A stretch of DNA of 64,000 nt from Octopus sinensis (GCF_006345805.1 NC_043022.1:4278001-4342000), one strand, 5' to 3'; positions 38,401-51,986 are shown, counted from the first letter of the stretch. Program-made: numbers and translations. The notes: generated by a model from the letters alone, not told the origin.

Positions 38401-38791
38401 TCTTACTCTTTTACTTGTTTCAGTCATTTGACTGCGGCCATGCTGGAGCACCGCCGTTAATCGAGCAACTCGACCCCGGGACTTATTCTTTGTAAGCCCA
38501 GTACTCATTCTATCGGTCTCTTTTGCCGAAAAGCTAAGTAACGGGGGACATAAACACATCAGCATCGGTTGTCAAGCAATGCCAGGGGGACAAACACAGA
38601 CACACAAACACATATATATACATATATATGACAGGCTTCTTTCAGTTTCCATCTACCAAATCCACTCACAAGGCTTTGGTCGGCCCGAGGCTATAGTAGA
38701 AGACACTTGCCCAAGGTGCCATGCAGTGGGACTCAACCCTGAACCATGTGGTTGGTAAACAAGCTACTTACCACATGGCCACTCCTGCGCC
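38401..38791 (-). mobile_element. SINE family A
   Basis: Full-length match. Confidence 0.92.
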
Positions 38792-39831
38792 TATGATTGA
38801 AAATGAGAGGAAGTTAAGGCTAGAATGATTTTGATCAATCAGAAGTGGCCTGGTGTTAAACAGCAAGCGAACAGGAGAACTGAGTAATCAGAGTTGCTAG
38901 AAGTAGCAGCCAAATTCTACTTAAAACAGACAGTCTTCTTTAATAAATGAAGGACACACAAGATAACATACTGCTAGAAGATGGGAAACATGGTGTTTAA
39001 TATACTGCTGAGAAGATGGGATGGTCATAGATGGAATGACTTTATATATTAAAACTGTTTTACACAGAATTAACCGAGGCTAAACCGAGAAAAAAAAGTA
39101 TTTAAGCCGAAAAGCATTTATGGAGATTCAACTGCTTTATTTTAATGAAACGGATTTAGCGAAAGACTGACAAAATATGAGCACTTGCAGCTGCTGGTGC
39201 TGTTAGCTGAGACAGTCAGAAGTGAGGCCAAGTTAAATTGAAACACCTCAGGTGCCGGTCTATTTAGAACAGAGAGAGAGAAGACAGACAGACACAGAGG
39301 AGAAGCATTGATTAAATTTTAATGCCGTCGTCTCCCCCCTCCCCCTCTCTCTGTGTCAGCCACAGTCCTGTAAGGGAGGCAACTCTAGATTCTTACTGCC
39401 TCAACTTTTTAAATTTATTTCAAAATTTAATTTTCTTGCTTTTAAATGTTTATTGGAAAAGGAAAAACTTTCCCCCCCCCACCCCCCGCAGTTCCCAGAA
39501 TAAAACACTTCCACAAAGTAGAAAGGAACAACGGCAGTGTGGAGGAAGGCAGGAGGAGGAGGTGGTGGTGGTGGTAATTAAATGAAAATTTTACGGACTA
39601 GAGAAAAATTTTTAAAAAAAGAAAAAAAAGAAAGCGAAAAGTACGATTCTTATTTATAATCCGTTGTTGTTGTTGTTGTTGTTTAGCAAGATTAGTTGAG
39701 CTGATATTTGTGGTTAAATCTGGAGGATGTGTTCAGGAGATGAAGGAAATATATAAACTTTGTTTGTATGGCTGACAAAGTTGGAGAGGACGAGGAACCG
39801 CCACCACCGCCATCGAACAGAATATATATAT

Positions 39832-40176
39832 ACTCTTTACTCTCTTTTACTTGTTTCAGTCATTTGACTGCGGCCATGCTGGAGCACCGCCTTTAGTCGA
39901 GCAAATCGACCCCGGGACTTATTCTTTGTAAGCCCAGTACTTATTCTATCGGCCTCTTTTGCCGAACCGTTAAGTGACAGGGACGACAACACACCAGCAT
40001 TGGTTGTCAAGCAATGCTAGGGGGACAAACACAGACACACAAACACATACATATATATACATATATACGCCGAGGCTATAGTAGAAGACACTTGCCCAAG
40101 GTGCCATGCAGTGGGACTGAACCCGGAACCATGTGGTTGGTTAGCAAGCTACTTACCACACAGCCACTCCTACACC
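39832..40176 (-). mobile_element. SINE family A with internal deletion
   Basis: Segment between microsatellite and CCGAGGCTATAG is missing. Confidence 0.88.
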
Positions 40177-40224
<48 letters not shown>

Positions 40225-41692
40225 TCCAAAGAAAAACAGATATGACATTAGGACGTGGTTTGGCATCTTGTATTTATCAGAGCTTGATGGCGCTTTGACA
40301 TATATTTCTAGGGACGTTTATGAAAATACCTACAATTTGTACCACACACACACACACACAGATACATGCACGTGTACATCCACTCATATACACACACACA
40401 TATTCCCACCCTTATATATGCATACACACAAGTACATACACATTCTCATTCATATATATGTGCACACACACACGTTCGCCGATCGCCCGATCGACCGCCA
40501 TCCATGCCGTCTTCCTTTAACAAAAAAAAAAACTAACCGCAATAGCAGCAACAACAACACTAGATAACGTAACTAAATGCCTATTTATTTACTGCCTCGG
40601 CTCTAAAACACTATTTGAATCTACACAATAAAGACACAAAGCCGAGCAGGAGTACGTATGCTAGTGAAGAAGAAGATGATGGCGGAGCGGATGGTGGTGA
40701 AACAAATAGATAAATAAATGAATAAAAAAATTAGTGTTATCACAACAGCAAAAATACCAGAGATGTTATAATAGGCATTAGCCTGTGTTATCTTTGCATC
40801 CACTGCCGCCACCAGTACCACCATCCATCCATCCACCCGGCCACCCCACCAGTTTATCTTAAGGAAAACACAAACAGCAGAAACAAAATTAGCTTTCCTC
40901 TATGTCTAAACTGGCTTTCTATTATAGTCAGCTGTTATCTTATGTTGAGTTAAAAGTCTATCAGTTCTGTTTGCAAAAGCAGTCTCTCTCTCTCTCTCTC
41001 TCTCTCTTTCTGCATTGCACACAGCCAGAGAGAGACAGACAGACAGAGAGAGAGAGAGAGAAAGAGAATGGAGGCCAGATACTCAGGGTACTTATACACG
41101 ACGAGCGTTGAGAAGCAGCAGGGTACCTTAAAGAAAGAAAAATTTAAATAAAACAAGAAGTCCTATCGGAGCTAACTAAGTGCTAATCCAGAAACTGGTA
41201 TCCAGAAATGTGTTGAAACTGTACAAAAAGAATCCAGTTAATCAGACAATGCAAAGAAAATGGTTAGGAATTCCAGGAATTGAAAGGATTCTGAGAATAA
41301 ACAAATCTTCGAGAGAGAGAGGAAAGAGATTCAATACAGCAACTTTTCATCTCTTGTGTGATTCTACATGCTGAGAGAAAACAGATGATGGTATGTAGTG
41401 CAAAAAGGCGGCAAAGCTACAAGACTGCTTCTTCTTCTTAAAGAGCCTAAAGTCTTTCAATATAACTAAAGCTGGTTTTCTGTTCTTAGATGTCCAGAGT
41501 GAAGACTCTTAGAGGCTGATGTAACCGAAGAGAACTAATCATGGCCCTGGGTGAAAACTTTACATTCTCTTCTGTTCATCATTGTTTAACAGGTTTACTG
41601 CCACAGGCGCCACCAGTGGGTCGTTGCAAACTTCACACAACTGCCCTGCATACCACTTGTGTTATCTTTGCATATTGTTTCAAGGATGCAAA

Positions 41693-42060
41693 TAAAAAGC
41701 ACCGTCCGTTCGTGGCCGTTGCCAGCGCCGCCCCGACTGGCCTCGTACCAGTGGAACGTAAAAAGCACCATCCGTTCGTGGCCGTTTGCCAGCTTCGCCT
41801 GGCCCCCGTACCGGTGGCACGTAAAATGCACCATCCGTCCGTGGCCGTTTGCCAGCTCCGTCTGGCACCTGTGCGGGTGGCACGTAAAAAGCACCCACTA
41901 CACTCACGGAGTGGTTGGCGTTAGGAAGGGCATCCAGCCGTAGAAACACTGCCAGATCAGACTGGGCCCTGGTGCAGCCTTCTGGCTTCCCAGACCCCAG
42001 TTGAACTGTCTAACCCATGCTAGCATGGAAAGCGGACGCTAAATGATGATGATGATGATA
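41693..42060 (+). mobile_element. Family E retroposon with three 63-66 bp tandem 5' modules and (GAT)n tail
   Basis: Modules start at 41693, 41759, 41822; body GTTGGCGTTAGGAAGGGCATCCAGCCGTAGAAAC...CATGCTAGCATGGAAAGCGGACGCTAAATGATGATG. Confidence 0.8.
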
Positions 42061-42069
42061 TTTATTTAA

Positions 42070-42367
42070 CCTGTTAGCATTTAAACAGGCCATATCCAGC
42101 CAAAATATTCTCCTGTTTTTATGTTCAAATTGACCAGATGTGGCCCCCTCACACCTACCCTACAATGTCATTCTAAAAAGTTAACAGTTACCTTATCAAA
42201 ATCTCAAAGCTACAAGATAAAGCAGACTAATTAAAAACTCGAGAGAATCATCATCATCGTTTAGCATCCGCCTTCCATGCTGGCATGGGTTGGACGGTTT
42301 CACAGGAGCTGGGCCAGACAGGAGCCCTGCATCAGATTTCTGTGTCTGGTTTGTGAATGCTAAAGGG
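42070..42367. mobile_element. piggyBac-like MITE interrupted by a family E fragment
   Basis: TTAA|CCTGTTAG...CTAAAGGG|TTAA; 5' part matches 50145-50365. Confidence 0.65.
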
Positions 42368-44374
42368 TTAACCTCTTACCTGGCAAAGACGAGTTAACTT
42401 GTCTTCACCCAATTTGTCGGAGTCAGAGGTGCCAAAAGTAGAGGAGTCAGAGTCAACGTTTTTTGTTTCGACTCCACGACCCTGATAGCAATAATGCCCG
42501 CTTACAACTACTGAATGGGTACAGAAACCCTCAAGCATACAGAGCTATGGAGATACTTGCCCAAGGTGTCGCACAGTGGGACTGAACCCAAGACCACATA
42601 GTCGAGAAGTAAGCTGCTTAAACCACACAGCTATGCTTGCACCTATCTAAAATCATCATCATCATCGTTTAACATCTGTTTTCCATGCTGGCATGGGTTG
42701 GATGGTTTGACAAGGAGTTGGCCAGGGGTCATACCCGGTTCAGGCTACAGAACCTGAAAACAGAGGTTTGTACCATTTTATGAGGAGTACAAACATCACA
42801 ACTCATTCTTTTACGGGTTTCAGTCATAGGAGGACAGCCATGCTGGAGCACCACTGACAAAGCTTTTGGTCTATAGTATTGACTCCAGGACTATTTCAGC
42901 CTGGCATTTAACCATTCAATGAAATATTTTCTTTAGACCCACACAACAGTGCGATAGGCATAGCACCCAAACCTCCCTCAAATTAAACTGCCTTTAAATA
43001 AAGTACAATAAAGTACATGCTTCATACACAAAAGCGAAGAAAATGCTTTTAACTACAACTTAATCAGGGATGACAGGAACTAAACAACTATTATACAAAA
43101 CAGCCAAGAGTGGAACTCATACATGGCCAGACGAGACGCTAGAAATAGCAGACTGCCTATCAAACCCTACTCACAAGTTATCCCGTGTTAACCTCCAGGC
43201 CTATGGCGGAGGACACATTGGTAAAGTGCCACAGAATAAGACCCATCCAGTTTGGGGAGCCATGTGGTTGATATGCAATGTTAACCACACAGCTACGTCT
43301 GGCCCCCATCTCTCTCACTTCTGACAGAGCAAGGAGCTGTCAGAATCAACGGTGGCATGGTACTCTTACAATTAGTACCATTCTGTGAGACTTGGCAACT
43401 CTGCTACACTCCCTCCCTCCATTCCTCTCCTGCCCTCTCCCTCCTTCTCTCAGCCCTCACAGCTGCAGGAAACTGTTCTGTCAACATCTGTTATGCCATT
43501 TAATTACTCTGAGAACTAGTTTTATACACTCACGCATACACACACGTGTGTGCACATATATTACACACACATACACACAAACATAATTTATACACATGCA
43601 TATATATTACATACACACATAGTTCCTTAGGAACCCAGGAAAATTTCTAAGTACAAAACCATTACAATATATATAGAGTTTGATGCACACGTGTAGCTAG
43701 GCATACGCGTACTATAAATACATCCACATCTACAAACACATGTTTATATACATCTACATATACACACACAGACACATAAAACCAGATATGTGTGTGTGTG
43801 TGTGCACACAAAGCAGACATTTGGTCATCCAGTGTATATATATGGTAAACAGATCTCGTTTTCTACACCGGACTACAATATTTTGCGCGTATTTTGTTTA
43901 AAAAAAAACACAAAATAATTAAAACTACTTTATGTCTAAATACTTCTTTCCCTGTATAAATATCTACAATGGCAACAACAACAACAACAGTAACAGCAGA
44001 ACTGAGGGTTTTAAAGTAGCATATGTAATGTAATTAATTACGGAAACGAACCTTTATAAATTAAATTAAAAGACGATAAATGAAACAAGAGTTGGAACTC
44101 GAATGTGGGAATGTCCGCTTTTGCTTTTGTGAATGAAATGTAGGGGCCGATAGAATTTGGGTTCAGTAGAGGAAGGAACCGACCATTGGGAATAGGGACA
44201 GATTCAAGACTTTTTGGGGGATAACAAAGAAATAAAAAATTACTACGGTAACAATTAAGGGTAGGGAACCAAATGGCGCTCCATCAGTTATGATGATGAG
44301 GGGCTCCAGTTGATCTGATCAATGGAAAAGCTGCTCATGAAATTAACGAGCAAGTGGCTGAGTACTCCACAGAC

Positions 44375-44781
44375 TTTTTTTTTTCTTTTACTTGTTTCAG
44401 TCATTTGACTGCGGCCATACTGGAGCACCGCCTTTAGTCGAGCAAATTGACCCCGGGACTTATTCTTTGTAAGCCCAGTACTTATTCTATCGGTCTCTTT
44501 TTGCCAAACTGCTAAGTGATGGGGACATAAACACACCAGCATCGGTTGTCAAGCAATGCTAGGGGAACAAACACAGACACACAAACACACACACATACAC
44601 ACACATATATACATATATACGACAGGCTTCTTTCAGTTTCCGTCTACCAAATCTACTCACAAGGCATTGGTCGACCCAAGGCTATAGCAGAAGACACTTG
44701 CCCAAGATGCCACGCAGTGGGACTGAACCCGGAACCATGTGGTTGGTTAGCAAGCTACTTACCACACAGCCACCCCTGCAC
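44375..44781 (-). mobile_element. SINE family A
   Basis: Full-length match, abutting a family C tail fragment at about 44288-44373. Confidence 0.9.
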
Positions 44782-45036
44782 TTATATGCATACTTTTAAT
44801 GTAGTTCTCAGGGATGTGATAAGGCTGGTCCCTTTGAAGTACAGGTGCAACTCACTTTTATCAGCTGAGTGGACTGCAGCGACGTGAAATCAGGTGTGGT
44901 GATGACAGTGAACGTGATCATGGCAATGGTTACAATGATGGTGATGATGATGATGATAGTAATGAAGGTAGAGATGGTGATGATGATGGCAAACATTCTC
45001 TTTGAATGACTGCACAGTGAAAAATGTCTGAACGGA

Positions 45037-45569
45037 GGCGCAGGAGTGGCTGTGTGGTAAGTAGCTTGCTAACCAACCACACGGTTCCGGGTTCAGTCCC
45101 ACTGCATGGCACCTTGGGCAAGTGTCTTCTACTATAGCCTCGGGCCGACCAATGCCTTGTGAGTGGATTTGGTAGACGGAAACTGAAAGAAGCCCGTCGT
45201 ATATATGTATATATATATATGTATGTGTGTGTGTGTGTCTGTGTTTGTCCCCCTAGCATTGCTTGACAACCGATGCTGGTGTGTTACGTCCCCCGTCACT
45301 TAGCGGTTCGGCAAAAGAGACTCATAGAATAAGTACTGTCGTATATATGTATATATATATGTGTGTTTGTATGTCTGTGTTTGTCCCCCTAGCATTGCTT
45401 GACAACCGGTGCTGGTGTGTTGTCGTCCCTGTTACTTAGCGGTTCGGCAAAAGAGACTCATAGAATAAGTACTGGGCTTACAAAGAATAAGTCCCGGGGT
45501 CAATTTGCTCGACTAAAGGCGGTGCTCCAGCATGGCTGCAGTCAAATGACTGAAACGAGTAAAAGAGTA
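45037..45569 (+). mobile_element. SINE family A with internal tandem duplication of about 140 bp
   Basis: Microsatellite-to-GAATAAGTACT block present twice; both carry the private variant GAGACTCATAG. Confidence 0.9.
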
Positions 45570-46520
45570 TGGAGGAAGAATATACAATAAAACAAAACAA
45601 AACAAAATGTCCAAACAGGGATCATTCTAGAAAACCCCGGAAGAAAAAGAACGATGGTGTGGTGGTGCTGGAAACAAACCAGTGCACATTTTTGTACTGC
45701 ACCATTTGCAGATTTGCAAAAGGATTCTTTCAGGGTCAATAAAGTAAATACCAGTTAAGTACTGGGGTCATTGGAATCATCTTGACCCCACTGCCACCCA
45801 AAATTGCTGGCCTTGTGCTGAAATCTGAAACCCTTATTTAAAAGAAGAAAAAAAACAACAAAAAAAACGAAAATGAAATGATTTGGACACGAAATCTATC
45901 GGAAACCAACTGTTGGAATGGTGTAGTGGGTGGGTGGAGGGGTGAAGGAGAGGGAGAGAAAGGGGTCAAGGAAGTGAAAGGTTTTATGTAAGAGTAATTG
46001 CTGAAAGGAGGGTGGTGGGTGTGGAGGGACGGAAAGAGATGGGGGTGAGTGGGGGAGAGGGTGCATGTCGTTTGTTGGCCAGGAGGCAGCAAAAATAAAG
46101 CGGGTGGGGAGTGAGAGGAAGTGGAACAAGAACGGGAGGTGGGGAGGTGGGGGGAAAGGGTCAGCAAACATACGTTGCCAAGGGAGCAGAGGGTTGTTAT
46201 TTATATACAGACCACCACCACCCCTTAATATCAGCAGTTATAATGTCTGACATTCCCCATTTCCGGGGAGAGAAGGTATCCATGGACAACATGTTATGGA
46301 AGGCGAGGGGGGGGGGGTAATCGTTTTACAAGCTTCACTGAATTTTCAATTTTTTCTCTTTAATTCTGGCTACCACCCACCCCTCTCTCCTCCCACCATC
46401 CCACTCTCTCTCTCTCTCTCCTATGAGGTTACGACTGACTTGTATGAGCTTCCATACTTCACTCTTTTCCTTCTGTACTTTGGGGCTCCCAGCTGACTCC
46501 AGGGCCCACTGATACCGGAG

Positions 46521-46781
46521 ACATAACTGATTTGTAGCCGGCCTCTGTCCCTTTTATATACGTGTATGTGTTTGACTAAATATCTTTACATGTGTGATAT
46601 GATTATGGGAGCCTCTAGGAGACATGCACCTGCCGGCTGCTACCCCTTAATATAGTCTGGGCCCCCTTGGGGTGCTACGGTCACCTAGAGGCTCCCATAT
46701 CATATCACACATGTAAAGATATTTAGTCAAACACATACACGTATATAAAAGGGACAGAGGCCGGCTACAAACCAGTTATGT
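46521..46781. repeat. Long near-perfect inverted repeat (99/98-bp arms, 64-bp spacer)
   Basis: 46521-46619 is the reverse complement of 46684-46781 with one mismatch and one 1-bp indel. Confidence 0.97.
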
Positions 46782-47032
46782 TACAGTTCAACCCTCCTCA
46801 CTCCAAGGGTGTTGGTCATGCTTAGAGGGTGAGGGAGAGATAGAGGAAGAGGAAGATACATGAATGAAGAGGCAGACAAAGATTTTGAGTGTAGGTCAGA
46901 AAAGGAACTGAGAGAAGAGAGATCGGAGAGAAATGGAGAGACAGGAGACAAGGCATAGAAATACGACTGGAGACAGGGGTATATATAGCAGAGTACCAGT
47001 GTCACACACACACACACAACGAAGATAGTAAA

Positions 47033-47370
47033 AGAGTAAAGACCCCCTTCGGTCATGAATGACCGAGGGATTTCACCTAGAAAGTTCTCCTCAAAGGTAC
47101 AAGTCCAGGCAAGGTTGTTTATGGAAGACCAATAGTTACGTCACCCATGCATACCAGCCTCCCCTCCTTTCCATGCCACTGATGTTATCCAAGGGAGAGG
47201 CAAAGGGGCCGATACAGCTTGGCACCAGTGACGTCGCAACTCATTTCTACAGCTGAGTGAACTGGAGCAACAGGAAATAAAGTGTCTTGCTCAAGAACAG
47301 CCCAGTCCAGGAATCAAACTCACTACCTCATGATTGTGACCCCAATGCTCTAACCATTGAACCATGCACC
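47033..47370 (-). mobile_element. SINE family D
   Basis: Full-length match to other D copies. Confidence 0.88.
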
Positions 47371-47400
47371 TTCACACACACACACACATATGTATACATA

Positions 47401-47577
47401 AGGGTAAAGGCCACCCCCACTTCGGTCATGAATGACCATGAGATTGCACCTAGAAAGTTCTCCTCCAAAGCACAAGTCCGGGCAAGATTGTTTATGGAAG
47501 GCAACACAAAAGCCTGGTCCAAGAATCGAACTCACAAACTAACAGTTGTGAACCAGATGCTCTAACTATTGAGCCAT
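47401..47577 (-). mobile_element. SINE family D, internally deleted
   Basis: Tail and head present, middle missing. Confidence 0.75.
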
Positions 47578-47662
47578 ACACATACTCAACTATGGATGAA
47601 GTCACATGAAAAAAAAAACACAGCTAAACAATGCAGTCACAGACAGATTCAAAAACACAAAT

Positions 47663-47717
<55 letters not shown>

Positions 47718-47718
<1 letters not shown>

Positions 47719-48050
47719 TGGCTCAGTGGTTAGAGCGTCGAGCTTACGATCGTGAGGTTGTGAGCTCGAATCCCGGACCGGGCTGCGCGTTGTGTTCTCG
47801 AGCAAGGCACTTTATTTCACGTTGCTCCAGTTCACTCAGCTGTAGAAATGAGTTGCGACATCACTGGTGCCAAGCTGTATCGGCCCTTGCCTTTCCCTTG
47901 GATAACACTGGTGGCGTAGAGAGGGGAGGCTGGTATGCATGGGCGACTGCTGGCCTTCCATAAACAACCTTGCCCGGACTTGTGTCTAGGAGGGTAACTT
48001 TCTAGGTGCAATCCAATGGTCATTCATGACCGAAGGGGGTCTTTACCCTT
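47718..48050 (+). mobile_element. SINE family D, near-consensus
   Basis: A-box TGGCTCAGTGG, B-box-like GAGCTCGAATCCC, tail GGGGTCTTTACCCTTT. Confidence 0.92.
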
Positions 48051-48235
48051 TTATATATATATATATACACACACACCCTAATCTTTTAGCCAAGCACTTT
48101 CACAATATATATAGATGGTCTATACACATACACAGAGCAATAGAAGTCCAGTTCATATATCTATATGTAGACATATAACAAGAACCCCCCACACACCACA
48201 CACAGCAATATAAAACAATAGTCATGTCCAATAGT

Positions 48236-48451
48236 TTTGCCAGCCTCGTCTGGCACCTGTGTCGCTGGCACGTAAAAAGCACCCACTACACTCTCGGAGT
48301 GGTTGGCATTAGGAAGGGCATCCAGCCGTAGAAACACTGCCAGATCAGACTGGAGCCTGGTGCGGCCTCCTGGCTTCCCAGACCCCGGTCGAACCGTCCA
48401 ACCCATGCTAGCATGGAAAGCGGACGCTAAACGATGATGATGATGATGATG
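48236..48451 (+). mobile_element. Family E retroposon, 5'-truncated
   Basis: One partial module plus body and (GAT)n tail. Confidence 0.82.
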
Positions 48452-48582
48452 TAACGTGAGCAATGAGAACAACAAATACACACACACACACACACACACA
48501 GACACACATATACACACACACAGCAGATGCTTTCATGAATGCATACAAGGCAAGCCACATCCATTCTCACAAATAACAGTGT

Positions 48583-48613
<31 letters not shown>

Positions 48614-49028
48614 ATGCACACACGCACGCACAGCAGGCAGCCATGGAAAAGTGAACAGGAAGCTATCAATGTGAATAACTTCATTAGATAAAACAGCATT
48701 TAATAATAACAAGGCAGAATAAACAAGGCAGCCATTTATATTGAGAGACAGAGGATGATTAAAGGCGATAATTTCATCAGCAGCATCATCACCACGGCTA
48801 CATAACAATTAGCAGATTGTGGCGTCCATGGGAGCTCTTCCGACTCGGACTGACCACACTAGGGACAATAGTAAAACGAAAACTCTAACAATCACCATAG
48901 AGAATTGTTTAACAAACAAGCAACCAACCAACTAGCGGCAGCCATGCTACCTGGTCATTTGGTCTGCTAGATATGGCAAGCCAAAACTTCCTCAAATTAC
49001 TCTAGCTTCAAACAGAAAGAAAAGAAGG

Positions 49029-49358
49029 AACCTCCTTTCGGTCATGAACGACCATGGGATTGCATCTAGAAAGTTACCCTCCGGGGCAAAAGTCCAGGCA
49101 AGGTTGCTTATGGGAGACCAGCAGATGCCCTTGCATACCAGCCTCCCCTCCTTTCCATGCCACTGATGTTATCCAAGGGAAAGGCAAAGGGGCCGATACA
49201 GCTTGGCACCAGAGAAATCACAACTCACTTCTACAGCTGAGTGAACTGGAGTAATGTGAAAATAAAGTGTCTTGCTCAAGAACACAACACACAGCCTGGT
49301 CCAGGAATCGAACTCACCACCTCATGATTGTGAGCCTGACGCTCTAACCACTGAGCCA
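49029..49358 (-). mobile_element. SINE family D
   Basis: Full-length match. Confidence 0.85.
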
Positions 49359-49518
49359 ATGTTTTCACTTCAAAGTACAATAAAGTACATGCTGGATTTT
49401 GGATTGGATTGGATTGTCCATGTTCAGTCCACTGCAAGACAAAGGCCTCAGCATCTTCTTCCCCCACCTACCCACCCCAACCATGGTCTGATGTGGAGGC
49501 CATGAATTTGATCTTGAG

Positions 49519-49831
49519 ACCGCCTCGACTGGCTTCTGTGCCGGTGGCACATGAAAAGCACCAACCGATCGTGGCCGATGCCAGCACCGCCTCGACTGGC
49601 TTCTGTGCTGGTGGCACATAAAAAGCACCAACCGATCGTGGCCGATGCCAGACCCCTCCGGCACCCACTACACTCGCGGAGTGGTTGGCGTTAGGAAGGG
49701 CATCCAGCTGTAGAAACACTGCCAGATCAGACTGGAGCCTGGAGCAGCCCCTGGCTCCCCAGACCCCGGTCGAACCGTCCAACCCGTGCTAGCACGGAAA
49801 ACGGACATTAAACGATGATGATGATGATGAT
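49519..49831 (+). mobile_element. Family E retroposon with tandem 5' modules
   Basis: Two to three 66-bp-type modules, body, (GAT)n tail. Confidence 0.82.
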
Positions 49832-50144
49832 CTTATTGGTTTAATGAAACAGGGCTTGGCAGCAGGGTGCAGTTTTGTTTATACTCTTACTCAGGAGTAG
49901 TTAAGTTGATTACATTGACCCCAGTGCTCAACTGGTCCTTATTTTACTGACCCCCGAAAGGATGACAGGCAAAACTGATCTTGGCAGAATTTAAACCCAG
50001 AACACACAGACAGACAAAATATCACTAAGCGTTACACCTGGCATGCTAACGATTTTGCCAGCTCACCACCCACTTAAAGGATATACAAATACAAGAAAAT
50101 GGGATGGTCAAAGTTGGGATGTCTTTGAACAGAATCCTACTTAA

Positions 50145-50365
50145 CCCTTTAGCATTTAAACCAGCCATATCCGGCCAAAAATATTCTGCCTGTTTTATGT
50201 TCAAACTGGCCAGATCTGGTCTCTCACACCAACCCTACAATGTCGTTTTAAAAATTAACAGCTACCTCATCAAAATCTCATAGCTACAAGATAATGCATG
50301 ATTAGTTCAAAACAATGTGGATGAAAAAGCATTAATTTTGGCAGAATAATGCGAACACTAAAGGG
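50145..50365. mobile_element. piggyBac-like MITE
   Basis: TTAA|CCCTTTAG...CTAAAGGG|TTAA: perfect 8-bp TIR and TTAA flanks. Confidence 0.8.
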
Positions 50366-50385
50366 TTAATCAGGGATGATATGAG

Positions 50386-50644
50386 TAGAGCTGCGGAGTC
50401 GAAACAAAAAACTTTAAATGACTCCTCTACTTTTGGTACCTCTGACTCCTCTTTATGTAATCAAGTGAGTGTGGTCTCCATATCTCATAAAGCACATGCA
50501 TACGCTTGTACTCTGAGTCGGCCTATATGTTACAACTGGTTTATATTAAAGAATAAAGATATTGTGAGTCGGAGTCAATATAGTTTTACTGACTCTGACT
50601 CCAGCTACCCCTTAATTGTTTCCGACTCTGACTCCACAGCCCGA
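50386..50644. mobile_element. hAT-like MITE with GGAGTC/GACTCC subterminal repeats
   Basis: Imperfect 16-bp TIRs; flanks GATATGAG (50378-50385) and GAGATGAG (50645-50652); related fragment at about 42405-42485. Confidence 0.65.
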
Positions 50645-51986
50645 GAGATGAGACTAAACAACAACAAACTATATACAAAATAGCCAAGGGTGGAAATTGT
50701 ATATAACCATTTGAAATGCTAGAAATAGCAAGCAAGTATTCATAAAATCACACTAATTGCACACTGGTTAATGAAGTCCAGGATGTACGAAGACAGGACT
50801 TTTATTATCTTTTGATACTAATACTGCTAATAATTATATATATATGTATATATGCATATGTATGGATGTGTGTGTGTGTGTGATATCTATTATCTTTGAC
50901 TTGTTTCAGCCATTAGACTGTGCCCATGCTGGGGCACCAACTTGAAGGGTTTTAGTTAAATAAATTGGCCCCAGTACATTTTTTTTTCTGTTAAAACCAG
51001 GTACTTATTTTATTGATCCCTTTTTCGAACCTGCTAACTACAAGGATGTAAACAAACCAACATCAGCAATAATGGGGAACTCACATAGGTGTATATATAT
51101 ATATATATATATATATGAAGAGCTTACTTTCAAAGTCAGACATATGCACTGGAATGATTTTTGAGTAATTGTTTAAAACAACATCTAGAATATATCTGAT
51201 TCTGATTAGAAGACTAAGATTCATCTACTGTCTCTATGGGATCCATCCCTGTTTGACTCAAGAAGAATTTCACATACGTGAAGCCAGCAGCTTGCAGATT
51301 GTGTTTTAATGGTTATCATGAAGTCAACCAAACATGCACGTATACTGGTTTTGAAAGTATGCTCCTCAAGACACACACACATGGCGGGTTTCTTTCAGTT
51401 TTCATCAACTAAATCCATTCATAAGGTTCTAGTCGACCCAGGGCTATAGAAGAAGACACCTGTTCAAGATGCTGTGCAGTCGAACTGAATCAAAGACCAT
51501 CTGATTGGGAAGAAAGCTTCTTCTCCAAGCCATATTTTCACAGGAAGTAGCTCAAGTTTGGCATTAGCACTATCGTGAAACAACGAACATGCACACACAC
51601 GCACAAGGAAATGGTTGGCAGTGGATTTGTTGTTTCACCACAGACTGGCATTCTTGGACTGCCGAGAAAGCCATTCCACAGTAGAACATCAAAATAAAAT
51701 TGGTCGACCTTTCCTTTGTAAAAATAAATTTTATATTCTCCGCTTAAATTCTTTGAGTGATCCTTCAGTTAATGTTCCTACGGCTGACTGCACACACAAA
51801 CATTATAAAGAAAACCCACACTGCGTGTGTGTGTGTGTGTGTGTGTGTGTTTTATAGACATGTAAAAGAAGTGGGTATCTGATTTTGGTGCAGTCATATA
51901 ATACCTGTATGACCTTTGGATACATTTGAACAGCAGAACACAAGAATCCAGGAATAAATCAAAGCGGAGGCAGACATTTGACTGCG

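Noticed and set aside
39247-41126. Putative micro-exons at 39247-39259 and 41092-41126 (minus)
   Set aside because: Good acceptors but weak donors and no recognisable peptide.
41693-41895. Regularly spaced repeats resembling a CRISPR array
   Set aside because: Whole units are homologous, with no unique spacers and no cas genes, in a eukaryotic retroposon context.
47718-47795. tRNA-like sequences with A and B boxes (also 5769, 45037, 3641)
   Set aside because: They continue into multi-copy SINE bodies, so they are SINE heads and not tRNA genes.
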